Shown: positions 12,068 through 24,953, counted from the first letter of the stretch. The stretch: DNA of 64,000 bases from Comamonadaceae bacterium (GCA_027486755.1 JAIXOM010000063.1:2213-66212); one strand, 5' to 3'. The notes: generated by a model not told the origin, from the letters alone. Translations and numbers: made by a program.

Positions 12068-12378
12068 GATGAACCTTTGCGATTTTCTCTGACGAAAAAC
12101 CTTCGGTGCCCCTCAGAACACCCTTGTGGGGCGGCTTCGGAACTTAAGGCCTGAGACCATGGGCCCGATCTGATGATCGGCCGGATCCAGACCCGTTTGC
12201 CTGATTGACAGAACCGTAGATTATGGCACTAAAAACTGCCACTTTCTGAGCATGGTCAGCAGATTCAGGGCCGACGCGAGCTCAATGAGATAATCGAGCG
12301 AGCGTCACCTACACCCAAAAAGAGCCAGCCACCCCAGGCAAGCTGGCTTAAATTCAGCGCGCTAGCAAACACCCTATC

Positions 12379-12942
12379 TTGGCCACCGAAAAAGAACTGT
12401 CTGACTTTCTTCGCAGTGTGGAGCGGCGCGCCTTCAAGCGCAGCTTCTACCAGGTCAGGAACGAAGAATCGGCGCTAGATATCGTGCAAGACAGCATGAT
12501 GAAATTGAGTCAGCATTACGGAGACAAGCCCCCAGCCGAACTGCCCATGCTTTTTCAGCGTATCCTGACCAATACTATTTTGGATTGGTTCAGGCGGCAA
12601 AAGACCCAGCATGCCCTGGTCAGCAATCTGAGCGATCTGGGCGCAGCTGGGAGTGAGGACGACGATCCGCTGGAAATGCTGGAAGACCTGCTGGGCCATG
12701 AAGGGACGGAAAGTGCCCAAGACTCGCTGGAAAGATCACAAACCCTGAAAATCTTGGAATCCTCGATCATGGAACTGCCGGCGCGTCAACGCGAAGCCTT
12801 CCTCATGCGTTATTGGGAGGATATGGACCTGGCTGAGACAGCCGCGGTCATGGGCTGTTCCCAGGGCAGTGTCAAAACGCACTGTTTCAGGGCAGTACAG
12901 GCGCTCAGCCAAGCCTTGAGGGCCAAAGGATTTTTGCGATGA
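12379..12942 (+). CDS. ECF-type RNA polymerase sigma-70 family factor
   Basis: It has a region 2-like stretch ALDIVQDSMMKL...ILTNTILDWFRR and a region 4 HTH (DMDLAETAAVMGCSQGSVKTHCFRAVQAL). The start codon is TTG. Confidence 0.85.
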   Translation: MATEKELSDFLRSVERRAFKRSFYQVRNEESALDIVQDSMMKLSQHYGDKPPAELPMLFQRILTNTILDWFRRQKTQHALVSNLSDLGAAGSEDDDPLEMLEDLLGHEGTESAQDSLERSQTLKILESSIMELPARQREAFLMRYWEDMDLAETAAVMGCSQGSVKTHCFRAVQALSQALRAKGFLR

Positions 12943-13364
12943 ACCAGAAAAATCGACAGTTAGAGCTGTTAATGGACCGGCAGGGCATGCGTTTGGCCGG
13001 TCAGCTCAATGCAGGAGCCGCTGGGCTGCCCCATGCTGTGACCGAGCGCCTGCGGGCGGCCCGCGAGCGTGCCCTGGCCAGCCGCAAGGTCGAGGTGAGC
13101 CGCCCCGTCGCGGTGGCAAGCCGCGGTGGTGAACTCAGCCTAAGCTGGGGCGGCGAAGAGCAGATGGGCTGGTTCGGGCGACTGAGTTCCACCCTGGCAC
13201 TGTGTCTGCTGGTGTTTGGCATGCTGGGCATTAACGAAGCCCAAAGCGAGATGCGCGCCCGCGAACTGGCCGAGGTCGATGTGGCCTTGCTCACCGACGA
13301 GCTGCCGCCAGCAGCCTTTGCAGACTCCGGCTTCCTGCAGTTTCTGCAGTCCGACGAGCTTTGA
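12939..13364 (+). CDS. DUF3619-like membrane protein (candidate anti-sigma partner)
   Basis: It overlaps the sigma gene in an ATGA stop/start. The product has a single central TM segment and occupies the position seen for DUF3619 genes next to this sigma in Burkholderiales. The family assignment is from memory of that neighbourhood. Confidence 0.6.
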   Translation: MNQKNRQLELLMDRQGMRLAGQLNAGAAGLPHAVTERLRAARERALASRKVEVSRPVAVASRGGELSLSWGGEEQMGWFGRLSSTLALCLLVFGMLGINEAQSEMRARELAEVDVALLTDELPPAAFADSGFLQFLQSDEL

Positions 13365-14014
13365 AGCTAACCAAGGCCATGAGCTTGCACGCCTTCAGCC
13401 CATCCAAAGTCAGCGCCCGAGGCCCCTGGCTTGGTTTGCTGGTCACCTTGCTGAGCCTCGGCGCCTGGGCTCAGTCTTCTGGGCCGCTTGCGCCGCAAAG
13501 CCCAGCGACGGCCAACAGATCCGATGCAAAACCTTCTGGCTGGAGTCGCCTCAGCCCTGCCGAACAGCAGGCCTTGGCGCCTCTGGCCTCAAGTTGGCCC
13601 AGCATGAACCTGGCGCAACAGCGCAAATGGTTGGAGGTTTCACGTAGTTTTTCGTCCTTGCCGCAGCCCGAGCAGGCCAAGCTGCAGCAGCGCATGCGCG
13701 AATGGGCCGCCCTGAGCCCACAGGAGCGCGCGCAAGCCCGACTGATTTTTGGCAAGACGGCCGAAGTTGCGCGAGAGCTTAGCCCGGCTGAAAAACTGGC
13801 CAAATGGCAGGCTTACCAAGCTTTGTCACCCGAGCAGCGCCAAAAGCTGGCCGAGCAAGTCAAGGCCAAGCCTCAGGGCGCCGCACCGGCCGTACAACCG
13901 GTGCCTGCGCAAAAACTCGCTGTTGTGCCAGCGCTGACCACCGCCAAGGCGACAAAACCTGCCGAAACCCAGGGTGAGTCTGCTGAAGCTGCTGAAGGCT
14001 CGAGCAGCCAGTAG
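13361..14014 (+). CDS. DUF3106-like secreted protein
   Basis: It overlaps the preceding gene in an ATGA stop/start and has a signal peptide. W..LSPxxR-type motifs are repeated (WSRLSPAEQQAL, WAALSPQERAQARL, YQALSPEQRQKL). Confidence 0.6.
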   Translation: MKLTKAMSLHAFSPSKVSARGPWLGLLVTLLSLGAWAQSSGPLAPQSPATANRSDAKPSGWSRLSPAEQQALAPLASSWPSMNLAQQRKWLEVSRSFSSLPQPEQAKLQQRMREWAALSPQERAQARLIFGKTAEVARELSPAEKLAKWQAYQALSPEQRQKLAEQVKAKPQGAAPAVQPVPAQKLAVVPALTTAKATKPAETQGESAEAAEGSSSQ

Positions 14015-14074
14015 ACTTCTTACCGCACGCGCGCTGGTAGCCCCAAGGTCGGCCGCCATTAAAAACCCGCCCCT

Positions 14075-14614
14075 TTGGCAACCCCGAACACGCCCTCCGT
14101 GAGCTCAGCACCTGCACCAACTCCGTCCATCCTGCGCCGCCTGGCCTGCTGGTGTTACGAAGGCATATTGCTCTTCGGCGTGGTGTTCATCGCCGACTAC
14201 CTGTTCAGCGCCCTGAGCCAGACCCGGCATGCGCTGGAAAACCGCCATCCGCAACAAGCCTTCCTTTTCCTGGTGCTGGGCATTTACTTTGTCTGGTTTT
14301 GGTCCCGGGGCCAAACTCTGGCGATGAAAACCTGGCACATCCGGGTGGTCCGGCGCGACGGCGGGCCGCTGACCCAAACACAGGCACTGGCGCGCTATCT
14401 GCTGAGCTGGCTGTGGTTTCTGCCTCCCTTGGGGCTGGTCTGGCTGCTGGACTTGGACGCTCGGTTTTCCCTGCTCGTCATGACCATCTGGGTTATTTTC
14501 TGGTCGGCCTCGGCAAGGCTGCACAAGGACAGACAGTTCCCGCACGATGTGCTAGCGCGCACCCGCCTGATCAGCTCCGTGCAAGATCAGGCTGCGGTGC
14601 GCAAGATCATGTGA
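14075..14614 (+). CDS. RDD-family membrane protein
   Basis: It has three hydrophobic segments and the RDD-like context RRLACWCYEGILLFGVVF...VVRRDGGPL. The TTG start is uncertain. Confidence 0.65.
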   Translation: MATPNTPSVSSAPAPTPSILRRLACWCYEGILLFGVVFIADYLFSALSQTRHALENRHPQQAFLFLVLGIYFVWFWSRGQTLAMKTWHIRVVRRDGGPLTQTQALARYLLSWLWFLPPLGLVWLLDLDARFSLLVMTIWVIFWSASARLHKDRQFPHDVLARTRLISSVQDQAAVRKIM

Positions 14615-14647
14615 CCGCGCCAACGGTCGCCCAAGCACTGATCGCCA

Positions 14648-15040
14648 ATGTCACAAATTGAAGACGCTGCCCGGGAGCACAAGCGCCGCAGGGGCCTGGA
14701 GAGATGGCGGCATGCCCTCACCTACTCCCTGGCGGGCCTTCGCACAGCCTGGGCCCAGGCGGCCTTCAGGACGGAGATCTTCATAGCCGCCCTCGCGCTG
14801 CCCGCCTCCTTCTGGCTCGGCCAGGGTTGGGTAGAGATCAGCCTGCTGGCCGGTTCTGTGATGCTGGTGCTGATTGTCGAATTGCTCAACACCGGCCTTG
14901 AAGCGGCAATAGATCGGATCGATCGGTCCTGGCATGATCTGTCCAAGCAAGCCAAAGATGTGGGCAGCGCCGCCGTCTTGCTCAGCCTGCTTTTTTGCAT
15001 CGCCGTCTGGGGCGCTGCCCTGTGGACGCGCTGGGGATAA
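14648..15040 (+). CDS. dgkA: Diacylglycerol kinase (DgkA family)
   Basis: It is a 130-aa three-TM protein with the AFRTEIFIAALALP and ELLNTGLEAAIDRI motifs. Confidence 0.85.
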   Translation: MSQIEDAAREHKRRRGLERWRHALTYSLAGLRTAWAQAAFRTEIFIAALALPASFWLGQGWVEISLLAGSVMLVLIVELLNTGLEAAIDRIDRSWHDLSKQAKDVGSAAVLLSLLFCIAVWGAALWTRWG

Positions 15041-15042
15041 AA

Positions 15043-15621
15043 ATGAACTTTTCAGTGGCTGTGTATTGCGGCTCTCGCCCTGGGCTGGACCCTGCCTGGG
15101 CTGAGCAAGCCCGGATCGTGGGACGCTGGATCGCACTGCATGGTGGCCGCCTGGTCTACGGCGGCGGCCACAACGGACTGATGGGCATCGTCGCCGACGC
15201 AGCGCTGGAAGCCGGCGCTCAGGTGCTCGGCGTGATTCCTCAAGCTCTGGTCGAGAAGGAATACGCTCACCACGGCTGCACCGAGCTGCGCATCGTGCAG
15301 ACCATGCATGAGCGCAAGCGCATCATGGCCGAAGAGGCCGATGCATTTTTAGCCCTGCCCGGCGGGATCGGTACTCTGGAGGAGTTTTTCGAAGTCTGGA
15401 CCTGGCGTCAACTGGGCTACCACAACAAGCCGGTGGGCTTGCTCAACCACAAGGGCCACTATGACGGACTGCTGCGCTTCATGGCGTACACGGTCGCCCA
15501 GGAATTCATGGGTCCCTGGCAAATGAGCCTCATCGAGGTGGGCGATGAGCCCGAGAGCCTGCTCAGGTCCCTGGTGCAATCGGCCGGATTGAGCAGCGCG
15601 GCCGGGCTCGATCAAATCTGA
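15043..15621 (+). CDS. LOG-family (TIGR00730) nucleotide phosphoribohydrolase
   Basis: Motifs VAVYCGS, LVYGGGHNGLMG and PGGIGTLEEFFEVWTW are present. I moved the start to MNFSVAVY. Confidence 0.85.
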   Translation: MNFSVAVYCGSRPGLDPAWAEQARIVGRWIALHGGRLVYGGGHNGLMGIVADAALEAGAQVLGVIPQALVEKEYAHHGCTELRIVQTMHERKRIMAEEADAFLALPGGIGTLEEFFEVWTWRQLGYHNKPVGLLNHKGHYDGLLRFMAYTVAQEFMGPWQMSLIEVGDEPESLLRSLVQSAGLSSAAGLDQI

Positions 15622-15634
15622 ACCTAGAAACGAC

Positions 15635-17717
<2,083 letters not shown>

Positions 17718-17772
17718 TGGTGTGTGTTGGGCCGAAAAAATAAAGGCGCAAGCGGAAAGGACACAATGGCCC

Positions 17773-18960
17773 ATGCTTGGAAAAGATTATGTCACCCGGG
17801 TTCTGCAGACATGGTCCGACATGCCAGCGGCCCCATGGAATGCCCTGCTCGGCGTCCAGGGCCTTGAGCCTATCGGCCCCTTCATGCGCCAGGAATACCT
17901 GGCGGCCATGCAGGGTAGCGGCAGCGCCACAGCGCAGACCGGTTGGGGCCTGCGCATCCTCACCGTCTGGCAGGGCGATGACTTGCACGCGGCCTGTCCG
18001 CTTTACCTGAAAGACCACTCCTACGGGGAGTATGTGTTTGACTGGGCCTGGGCCAATGCCTATCAGCAGCACGGCCTGAGCTACTACCCCAAGGCCCTGG
18101 TGGCCTCGCCCTTTACCCCGGTGCCTGGCCCGCGCCTGCTGGCTAAAAATGATGCGGCTCGGCTGGCCCTGGTGCAGGCGCTGCTCGCCTGGTGCCGCCA
18201 GGAGCAGTTGTCGTCCTTGCATCTGCTCTTCCTGAGCGAAGCCGACCTGGCCGCCTGCACGCATGCAGGCCTGATGCTGCGCCAGACGGTGCAATTTCAC
18301 TGGCTCAACCGTCGGCCCACAGACGCAGCACGGTTTGCTGATTTCGATGATTTTCTGGCCTCCTTGAGTCAGGACAAGCGCAAGAAAATCCGACAGGAAA
18401 GGCGCAAGGTGAGCGATGCGGGTGTGGTGTTTCGCTGGTCCCGTGGCAGCAACATCTCACAAGCTGACTGGGATTTCTTTTACCGTTGCTATGAACGCAC
18501 CTATCTGGAGCACGGCAATCGGCCTTATCTCAGCCGCGAATTTTTCGCGCAGATCGCCGATCAGATCCCTGAGCACTGGTTGCTGTTTGTGGCCGAGCGC
18601 GAGGGCCGGCCGGTGGCCAGCAGCCTGATCGGCCTGAGCCAGGACGGCCCCGCCGGAGCCAGCGTGGCCTACGGCCGCTACTGGGGCGCGCTTGAGCGGG
18701 TCGACTGCCTGCACTTTGAAGCTTGCTACTACCAACCCCTGGCCTGGTGCATCGCGCACGGGGTCGGCCGCTTTGAAGGTGGCGCCCAGGGCGAGCACAA
18801 AATGGCCCGCGCACTCATGCCCACCCCCACACACAGCGCGCACTGGCTGGCGCACCCGGCGTTTGCCGACGCGGTTGAACGGTTTTTGGAGCGCGAGGGC
18901 CAGGGCGTGCAGAGCTACTTAGAGAACCTGCAGGCCCGCACGCCTTTCAAGCAGCCCTGA
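17773..18960 (+). CDS. GNAT/FemAB-like N-acetyltransferase family protein (DUF482-type)
   Basis: It is about 395 aa. The conserved stretches PLYLKDHSYGEYVFDWAWANAY and YGRYWGA...LHFEACYYQ match my recollection of the PF04339 family. The function is unknown. Confidence 0.65.
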   Translation: MLGKDYVTRVLQTWSDMPAAPWNALLGVQGLEPIGPFMRQEYLAAMQGSGSATAQTGWGLRILTVWQGDDLHAACPLYLKDHSYGEYVFDWAWANAYQQHGLSYYPKALVASPFTPVPGPRLLAKNDAARLALVQALLAWCRQEQLSSLHLLFLSEADLAACTHAGLMLRQTVQFHWLNRRPTDAARFADFDDFLASLSQDKRKKIRQERRKVSDAGVVFRWSRGSNISQADWDFFYRCYERTYLEHGNRPYLSREFFAQIADQIPEHWLLFVAEREGRPVASSLIGLSQDGPAGASVAYGRYWGALERVDCLHFEACYYQPLAWCIAHGVGRFEGGAQGEHKMARALMPTPTHSAHWLAHPAFADAVERFLEREGQGVQSYLENLQARTPFKQP

Positions 18961-18981
18961 ACCCGAGGGCCGCCGGTGCCT

Positions 18982-19521
18982 CTAGGCTGCATGCTCCTTG
19001 TTGTAGTTGGCGATGCCCTGCAGGATTTCCTGGTGGGCCGACTCCTTGCCCTCCCAGCCCAGCACCTTGACCCATTTGCCCGGCTCGAGGTCTTTGTAAT
19101 GCTCGAAGAAATGGGCGATGGTCTTCAGGCGCATGGGATTGAGGTCCTCGGGCTTTTGCCATTGGGTGTAGATCGACAAGATCTTGTCGATCGGCACCGC
19201 CAGCACCTTGCCGTCTTCGCCGGCCTCGTCCTGCATCTTCAAGATACCAATGGCCCGGCAGGGCACCACCACGCCGGGGATCAGCGGCACCGGGGTGATG
19301 ACCAGCACGTCGACCGGATCGCCATCACCCGAGATGGTCTTGGGCACATAGCCGTAGTTGGTCGGGTAGTGCATGGCCGTGCTCATGAAGCGATCGACGA
19401 AGATCGCGCCGGTTTCCTTGTCGACCTCGTATTTGATCGGGTCGGCGTTCATCGGGATCTCGATGATCACGTTGAACGCATCGGGAACTTTCTTGCCAGG
19501 GGTGACGTTGTCCAGAGACAT
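18982..19521 (-). CDS. ppa: Soluble inorganic pyrophosphatase (family I)
   Basis: The product contains NVIIEIP...KYEVDKETG and the DGDPVDVLV signature, and is 179 aa. Confidence 0.95.
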   Translation of the reverse strand: MSLDNVTPGKKVPDAFNVIIEIPMNADPIKYEVDKETGAIFVDRFMSTAMHYPTNYGYVPKTISGDGDPVDVLVITPVPLIPGVVVPCRAIGILKMQDEAGEDGKVLAVPIDKILSIYTQWQKPEDLNPMRLKTIAHFFEHYKDLEPGKWVKVLGWEGKESAHQEILQGIANYNKEHAA

Positions 19522-19788
19522 GATGGATTTTCTAGAGTTGTAAAAACGGAGTGACAGCTCAAAACGTCTTACTAAGTAGGAAAGATCGTCTCGTTTGCCT
19601 AGGATTTACCCTCATTTTACTGATGCCAGCCTGACGCAGGCCACGAAAAGGTCGCGTTTGGCGCTAAATTCCAGAGGTTGGCCAATCAGTCCCCGTGTGG
19701 AGGCGGGGGTGGAGGAAGCAACGCAAGGCGGTGTAGCGTGACCCCTGCGGTGCACCGAAACCCTCACGTCTAACAATGGAGATTCGAT

Positions 19789-21984
19789 ATGACGGGCAAC
19801 TCCGCGCTTATCCTGGCGCTGGTATGTGGATTGATAGCGGTCGCCTACGGCTTTTGGGCTCGTAGCTGGATCCTGTCACAAGACGCGGGCAACGCCCGCA
19901 TGCAAGAAATTGCAGCCGCCATTCAGACAGGTGCTGCAGCCTACCTGGCCAGACAGTACAAAACCATCTCGGTGGTCGGCATCGTATTGGCCGTGCTGAT
20001 CGGCCTGTTCCTCGATGGCAAAACCGCCATGGGCTTTGTGGTGGGCGCCGTGCTCTCCGGCGCCTGCGGCTTCATCGGCATGAATGTGTCGGTGCGCGCC
20101 AATGTGCGCACCGCACAGGCGGCCACCAAAGGCATAGGTCCGGCGCTGGACGTGGCCTTCCGCGGCGGCGCCATCACCGGCATGCTGGTGGTCGGTCTGG
20201 GCCTGCTGGGCGTGACCGGCTTTTATTGGTTCCTCGTAGGCAGCAATCCGGCGGCCGACAAGACCCTGGCTGGCCTGCTCAACCCCCTGATCGGCTTTGC
20301 CTTCGGTTCCTCGCTGATTTCCATCTTCGCCCGCCTGGGCGGTGGCATCTTCACCAAGGGTGCTGACGTGGGCGCCGATCTGGTGGGCAAGGTTGAGGCC
20401 GGCATTCCTGAGGATGATCCGCGCAACCCGGCCGTGATCGCCGACAACGTCGGCGACAACGTGGGCGACTGCGCCGGCATGGCCGCCGACCTGTTTGAGA
20501 CCTACGCAGTGACCCTGATCGCCACCATGGTGCTGGGCGCCCTGCTGGTGACCGCAGCGCCCCTGAGCGCGGTGCTTTACCCGCTGGGCCTGGGCGCAGT
20601 GTCCATCATCGCCTCCATCATCGGATGCTTCTTCGTCAAGGCCTCGCCCGGCATGAAAAACGTCATGCCCGCCCTGTACAAGGGCCTGGCCATTGCCGGC
20701 GTGCTCTCCCTGGTGGCGTTTTACTTCGTCACCACCTGGCTGGTCCCCGACAACGCCCTGGGCGCGGCCGGCAGCCAAATGAAGCTTTTCGGCGCCTGCG
20801 TGGTCGGCCTGGTGCTGACCGCCTTGCTGGTCTGGATCACCGAGTTCTACACCGGCACCCAGTACGCGCCCGTGCAGCACATCGCGCAGGCCTCGACCAC
20901 CGGTCACGGCACCAACATCATTGCCGGCCTGGGCGTGTCCATGCGCTCGACCGCCTGGCCTGTGATCTTTGTTTGCATCGCCATCATCGTGGCCTACAAG
21001 CTGGCCGGCCTGTACGGCATCGCGATTGCCGCCATGTCCATGCTCAGCATGGCCGGCATCATCGTTGCGTTGGACGCCTATGGTCCGATCACCGACAACG
21101 CCGGCGGCATTGCAGAAATGTCGGACCTGCCCGCCTCGGTGCGCGACATCACCGACCCGCTGGACGCCGTGGGCAACACCACCAAGGCGGTGACCAAGGG
21201 CTATGCCATCGGCTCGGCCGGCCTGGCCGCGCTCGTCTTGTTTGCCGACTACACCCACAAGCTGGAAGGCTATGGCAAGGCCATCAGTTTTGACCTGAGC
21301 GACCCCATGGTGATCGTGGGCCTGTTCATCGGTGGCCTGATTCCCTACCTGTTCGGTGCCATGGCCATGGAAGCCGTCGGCCGTGCAGCCGGTTCGGTGG
21401 TGGTCGAGGTGCGTCGCCAGTTCAAAGAGATCAAGGGCATCATGGAAGGCACGGCCAAGCCCGAGTACGGCCGCGCCGTCGACATGCTCACCAGCGCTGC
21501 CATCAAGGAGATGATGATCCCCTCGCTGCTGCCTGTGGTGGTGCCGATTTTGGTGGGTCTGATTCTTGGCCCCAAAGCCCTGGGTGGTCTGCTGATGGGC
21601 ACCATCATCACCGGCCTGTTTGTGGCGATCTCCATGTGTACCGGCGGCGGCGCTTGGGACAATGCCAAGAAGTACATCGAAGACGGCCATCACGGCGGCA
21701 AAGGCTCTGAAGCCCACAAGGCTGCTGTCACCGGCGATACCGTGGGTGACCCCTACAAGGACACCGCCGGTCCGGCCGTCAACCCCTTGATCAAGATCAT
21801 CAACATCGTGGCCCTGCTCATCGTGCCGCTGATGATGAAGTTCCATGGTGACAGCCAGGCCGCGCCCGCACCGGCTCCCGCTGCTCCTGCAGCGGTGGTA
21901 GCGCCGGCTGCAGTGGCAGCTTCGGCACCGGCGGCTGATGCTGCATCAGCACCGGCCGCTGCGGCCGCCTCTGCCAGCAAATAA
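19789..21984 (+). CDS. hppA: Membrane-bound proton-translocating pyrophosphatase, K+-independent type
   Basis: It is a 731-aa polytopic protein with [19 protein letters not shown] and [19 protein letters not shown] motifs. It has [16 protein letters not shown], with Lys rather than Ala at the position reported to distinguish K+-independent enzymes. There is an Ala/Pro-rich C-terminal tail. Confidence 0.95.
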   Translation: MTGNSALILALVCGLIAVAYGFWARSWILSQDAGNARMQEIAAAIQTGAAAYLARQYKTISVVGIVLAVLIGLFLDGKTAMGFVVGAVLSGACGFIGMNVSVRANVRTAQAATKGIGPALDVAFRGGAITGMLVVGLGLLGVTGFYWFLVGSNPAADKTLAGLLNPLIGFAFGSSLISIFARLGGGIFTKGADVGADLVGKVEAGIPEDDPRNPAVIADNVGDNVGDCAGMAADLFETYAVTLIATMVLGALLVTAAPLSAVLYPLGLGAVSIIASIIGCFFVKASPGMKNVMPALYKGLAIAGVLSLVAFYFVTTWLVPDNALGAAGSQMKLFGACVVGLVLTALLVWITEFYTGTQYAPVQHIAQASTTGHGTNIIAGLGVSMRSTAWPVIFVCIAIIVAYKLAGLYGIAIAAMSMLSMAGIIVALDAYGPITDNAGGIAEMSDLPASVRDITDPLDAVGNTTKAVTKGYAIGSAGLAALVLFADYTHKLEGYGKAISFDLSDPMVIVGLFIGGLIPYLFGAMAMEAVGRAAGSVVVEVRRQFKEIKGIMEGTAKPEYGRAVDMLTSAAIKEMMIPSLLPVVVPILVGLILGPKALGGLLMGTIITGLFVAISMCTGGGAWDNAKKYIEDGHHGGKGSEAHKAAVTGDTVGDPYKDTAGPAVNPLIKIINIVALLIVPLMMKFHGDSQAAPAPAPAAPAAVVAPAAVAASAPAADAASAPAAAAASASK

Positions 21985-22004
21985 GCCGCTTGCGCTGCGA
22001 CTCT

Positions 22005-22036
22005 CAAAAAAGGCCCGCCCCGTGCGGGCTTTTTTA
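22005..22036 (+). terminator. Rho-independent terminator after hppA
   Basis: aaaaaaggcccgc cccgt gcgggc tttttt lies about 20 nt after the stop codon. Confidence 0.7.
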
Positions 22037-22181
22037 CTTCGGAGCCCCAGCGGGGCCAGTTAAGCGCGGGCCCGGCCCACGAAGAAACCCTAGCAGCCAC
22101 AGCCCAGGCCAATCGGTATGGTCTGCGGCAGCTCCGGCAAGCCGACTATTGACCCCTAAGCCCCTGCACTGAACATCGACC

Positions 22182-23021
22182 ATGCTGCATTTCGCCGCCA
22201 ACCTGAACCTGATGTACAACGAAGTCCCCTTTATGGACCGCTTCGCTGCCAGCGCTGATGACGGTTTTTCTGCCGTCGAGTACCTGTTCCCCTACGAATA
22301 CGATGCCGAAGAAATCAGCGCGCAGTTGCGGCGTTACGGTTTGACACAAGCCCTGTTCAACCTGCCGCCCGGTCAGTGGAGTGCCGGCGAGCGGGGCATG
22401 GCCTGCCTGCCGCAAAGGCGCGCTGAATTTGAGCAGACCGTGAGCACGGCACTGCACTATGCGCAGGCCACTGGCGCGCGGCGCCTGCACATCATGGCCG
22501 GAATCAGGCCCGAGGCGGTCAATCCGGCCTTACTGCATCACACCTACGTCAGCAACCTGCGCTGGGCCTGTGACCGCTTGGCCGAACACAACATCACCGC
22601 CACAATCGAACCGCTCAATCCGCGAGATATGCCCGGCTACTACCTCACCCACCAAGCACAGGCGCATGCCATCTGTGCGGAAGTGGCCAGGCCCAATATC
22701 AAGGTGCAGATGGACTTCTACCACTGCCAGATTGTTGAGGGTGACCTGGCCAGCCGTCTGCGGGCGCACTGGGCTGGCATTGGCCACATACAGATTGCCG
22801 GTGTACCCGATAGACATGAACCCGATGAGGGTGAGGTCAACTACCCCTATCTGTTTCACTTGCTCGAGTCCCTGGGTTACGATGGGTTCGTAGGCTGCGA
22901 ATACAAACCCCGCAAGGGCACCTCGCAAGGACTAGGCTGGTTGCGCAAGTACATACAGAGACGCCCACAGACAGGGCCCGAAATATTTTTCACAGGACAA
23001 GCGCATGCGTCTCCAAGGTAA
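22182..23021 (+). CDS. Hydroxypyruvate isomerase-family (TIM-barrel sugar-phosphate/oxo-tetronate isomerase-like) protein
   Basis: The product starts MLHFAANLNLMYNEVPFMDRF. It contains the IEPLN motif, QMDFYHCQ and GHIQIAG. The gene overlaps the following SDR gene by 17 nt. Confidence 0.8.
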   Translation: MLHFAANLNLMYNEVPFMDRFAASADDGFSAVEYLFPYEYDAEEISAQLRRYGLTQALFNLPPGQWSAGERGMACLPQRRAEFEQTVSTALHYAQATGARRLHIMAGIRPEAVNPALLHHTYVSNLRWACDRLAEHNITATIEPLNPRDMPGYYLTHQAQAHAICAEVARPNIKVQMDFYHCQIVEGDLASRLRAHWAGIGHIQIAGVPDRHEPDEGEVNYPYLFHLLESLGYDGFVGCEYKPRKGTSQGLGWLRKYIQRRPQTGPEIFFTGQAHASPR

Positions 23022-23766
23022 AACCATCATCGTCACCGGCGCTGGCAATGGCATCGGCGAAGGCATTGCAAAGCGACTGGCCGAAGAAGGCGCCGCCATC
23101 GTCGTCAACGACATCGACGCCAAAGGTGGCCAGCGGGTGGCCGACGAGATCCGCGCTGCGGGCGGTCGGGTCCGCTACGTGCAGGCCGACGTCACCCGCA
23201 GCGCCGACATGAAGCGCCTGATCGATGAGGCGGTGGCACACCACGGACGTCTGGATGTGATGGTCAACAACGCCGGCTGGACCCACCGCAACCAAAGCGC
23301 GCTCACCGTCAGTGAAGACGAGTTTGACCGTTGCTACGCGGTCAACGTCAAGAGCATTTATCTGAGCACCTTGCATGCGGTGCCGGTGTTTCGCAGCCAG
23401 GGCGGCGGCAGTTTCATCAACATCGCGTCCACCGCTGGCGTACGCCCGCGGCCTGGCCTGACCTGGTACAACGGCTCCAAAGGCGCAGCCATCATCACCA
23501 GCAAATCTTTAGCCGCCGAGTTCGGCCCTGACAACATCCGGGTCAACTGCATCAACCCCGTCATGAACCCCTCTACCGGCCTGGGCGAATCGTTTGCCGG
23601 CGGCGAGCTCACCGAAGAGCGACTGGCGCGCTTTCGCGCCACCATCCCCCTGGGGCGGTTTTCCACCGCGCTGGATGTGGCCAATGCGGCGCTGTACCTG
23701 GCCAGCGACGAGGCGGCCTTCATCTCGGGCGTGTGTATCGAGGTCGACGGCGCGCGCTGCGTCTGA
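23005..23766 (+). CDS. SDR-family oxidoreductase
   Basis: It has the [10 protein letters not shown] cofactor motif, NNAG, and the catalytic S...YNGSK arrangement. The product is 253 aa. Confidence 0.85.
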   Translation: MRLQGKTIIVTGAGNGIGEGIAKRLAEEGAAIVVNDIDAKGGQRVADEIRAAGGRVRYVQADVTRSADMKRLIDEAVAHHGRLDVMVNNAGWTHRNQSALTVSEDEFDRCYAVNVKSIYLSTLHAVPVFRSQGGGSFINIASTAGVRPRPGLTWYNGSKGAAIITSKSLAAEFGPDNIRVNCINPVMNPSTGLGESFAGGELTEERLARFRATIPLGRFSTALDVANAALYLASDEAAFISGVCIEVDGARCV

Positions 23767-23825
23767 GCGGGCAAACCGCACGCGGCGCAGGACCGCCGAC
23801 TGCGGCAAAATCCAGTACAAGCCTT

Positions 23826-24953
23826 ATGAACGATCCCAAGCCTGTCCGAACCATCGCCGTGGCTGACCTGCGCTACCGCGGCGCCCTGCCCCACATTCCT
23901 GATTTGTTGTCGACCCCTAGCGGGCAACTGAGCGACCGACTGCACCGGCCCTTGCGCGATTTGCGTATCAGCGTGACCGACCGCTGTAACTTCCGCTGCA
24001 GCTACTGCATGCCGCGCGAAGTCTTTGACAAAGACTATGCCTTCCTGCCGCAAAGCTCCCTGCTCAGCTTCGAGGAGATCACCCGTCTGGCGCGGCTGTT
24101 CGTCGCCCATGGCGTGGAAAAGCTCAGGCTGACCGGCGGCGAGCCGCTGCTGCGCAAAAACATCGAGATCCTGATCGGCATGCTGGCCGAGCTTCGCACG
24201 CCGCAAGGCCGTGAGCTCGACATCACCTTGACCACCAATGGCTCGCTGCTGGCTAAAAAAGCACAGTCGCTCAAGGATGCCGGTCTGCGCCGTGTCACCG
24301 TCAGCCTCGACGGCCTGGACGATGCCGTGTTTCGCCGCATGAACGATGTGGACTACCCGGTGGCCGACGTCTTGCGCGGCATCGAGGCGGCAGAAAAAGT
24401 GGGGCTGGCCCCGCTGAAGGTCAATATGGTGGTCAAGCGTGGCACCAATGACCAAGAGATCGTGCCCATGGCCCGGCATTTCCGGGGCAGCGGCGCGGTG
24501 CTGCGCTTCATCGAATACATGGACGTGGGAGCCTCCAACGGCTGGCGCATGGACGAGGTGCTGCCCTCGGCCCAGGTCATCAGGCGCATTGCGGAGCACT
24601 TTCCGCTGCAAGCGCTTGAAGCGAGTGCAGCGGGCGAAACGGCCGAGCGCTGGCGCTATGTCGATGGCGCTGGCGAGATCGGCGTCATCAGCAGCGTGAC
24701 CCAGGCCTTTTGTGGCGACTGCAACCGGGCCCGCCTGTCCACCGAGGGGCAGCTGTTTCTTTGCCTGTTCGCCAGTCAGGGGCAAGACCTGCGCGGCCTG
24801 CTGCGCGGCGCCTACAGCGACGAGCAGATCAGCGCCGCCATCGCCCACATCTGGCAGGCCCGCTCCGACCGTTATTCCCAGCTGAGGTCCGCCCAAGGCG
24901 CAGAGCTGCCAGCGGGGCAGCGGCGCGTCGAGATGAGCTACATCGGGGGCTAA
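23826..24953 (+). CDS. moaA: GTP 3',8-cyclase (radical SAM)
   Basis: It has the [10 protein letters not shown] radical-SAM cluster motif and the C-terminal [10 protein letters not shown] second cluster. I moved the start to MNDPKPV. Confidence 0.9.
   Translation: MNDPKPVRTIAVADLRYRGALPHIPDLLSTPSGQLSDRLHRPLRDLRISVTDRCNFRCSYCMPREVFDKDYAFLPQSSLLSFEEITRLARLFVAHGVEKLRLTGGEPLLRKNIEILIGMLAELRTPQGRELDITLTTNGSLLAKKAQSLKDAGLRRVTVSLDGLDDAVFRRMNDVDYPVADVLRGIEAAEKVGLAPLKVNMVVKRGTNDQEIVPMARHFRGSGAVLRFIEYMDVGASNGWRMDEVLPSAQVIRRIAEHFPLQALEASAAGETAERWRYVDGAGEIGVISSVTQAFCGDCNRARLSTEGQLFLCLFASQGQDLRGLLRGAYSDEQISAAIAHIWQARSDRYSQLRSAQGAELPAGQRRVEMSYIGG

Noticed and set aside
19876-21846. A 656-aa minus-strand ORF antisense to hppA. 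Similar long shadow ORFs occur elsewhere, for example 5956-7155 opposite leuA, 8587-9561 opposite ilvC, 10448-11566 opposite ilvI and 27791-30415 opposite the RND gene.
   Set aside because: The translations are Arg/Gly/His/Ala-rich low-information sequences typical of antisense frames in high-GC DNA. Each lies entirely within a gene whose product has unmistakable family signatures on the other strand.
23767-23825. A possible Moco riboswitch upstream of moaA.
   Set aside because: The intergenic gap is only about 59 nt, far shorter than the riboswitch aptamer, and no conserved Moco motif elements were recognisable. A covariance-model scan would settle it.
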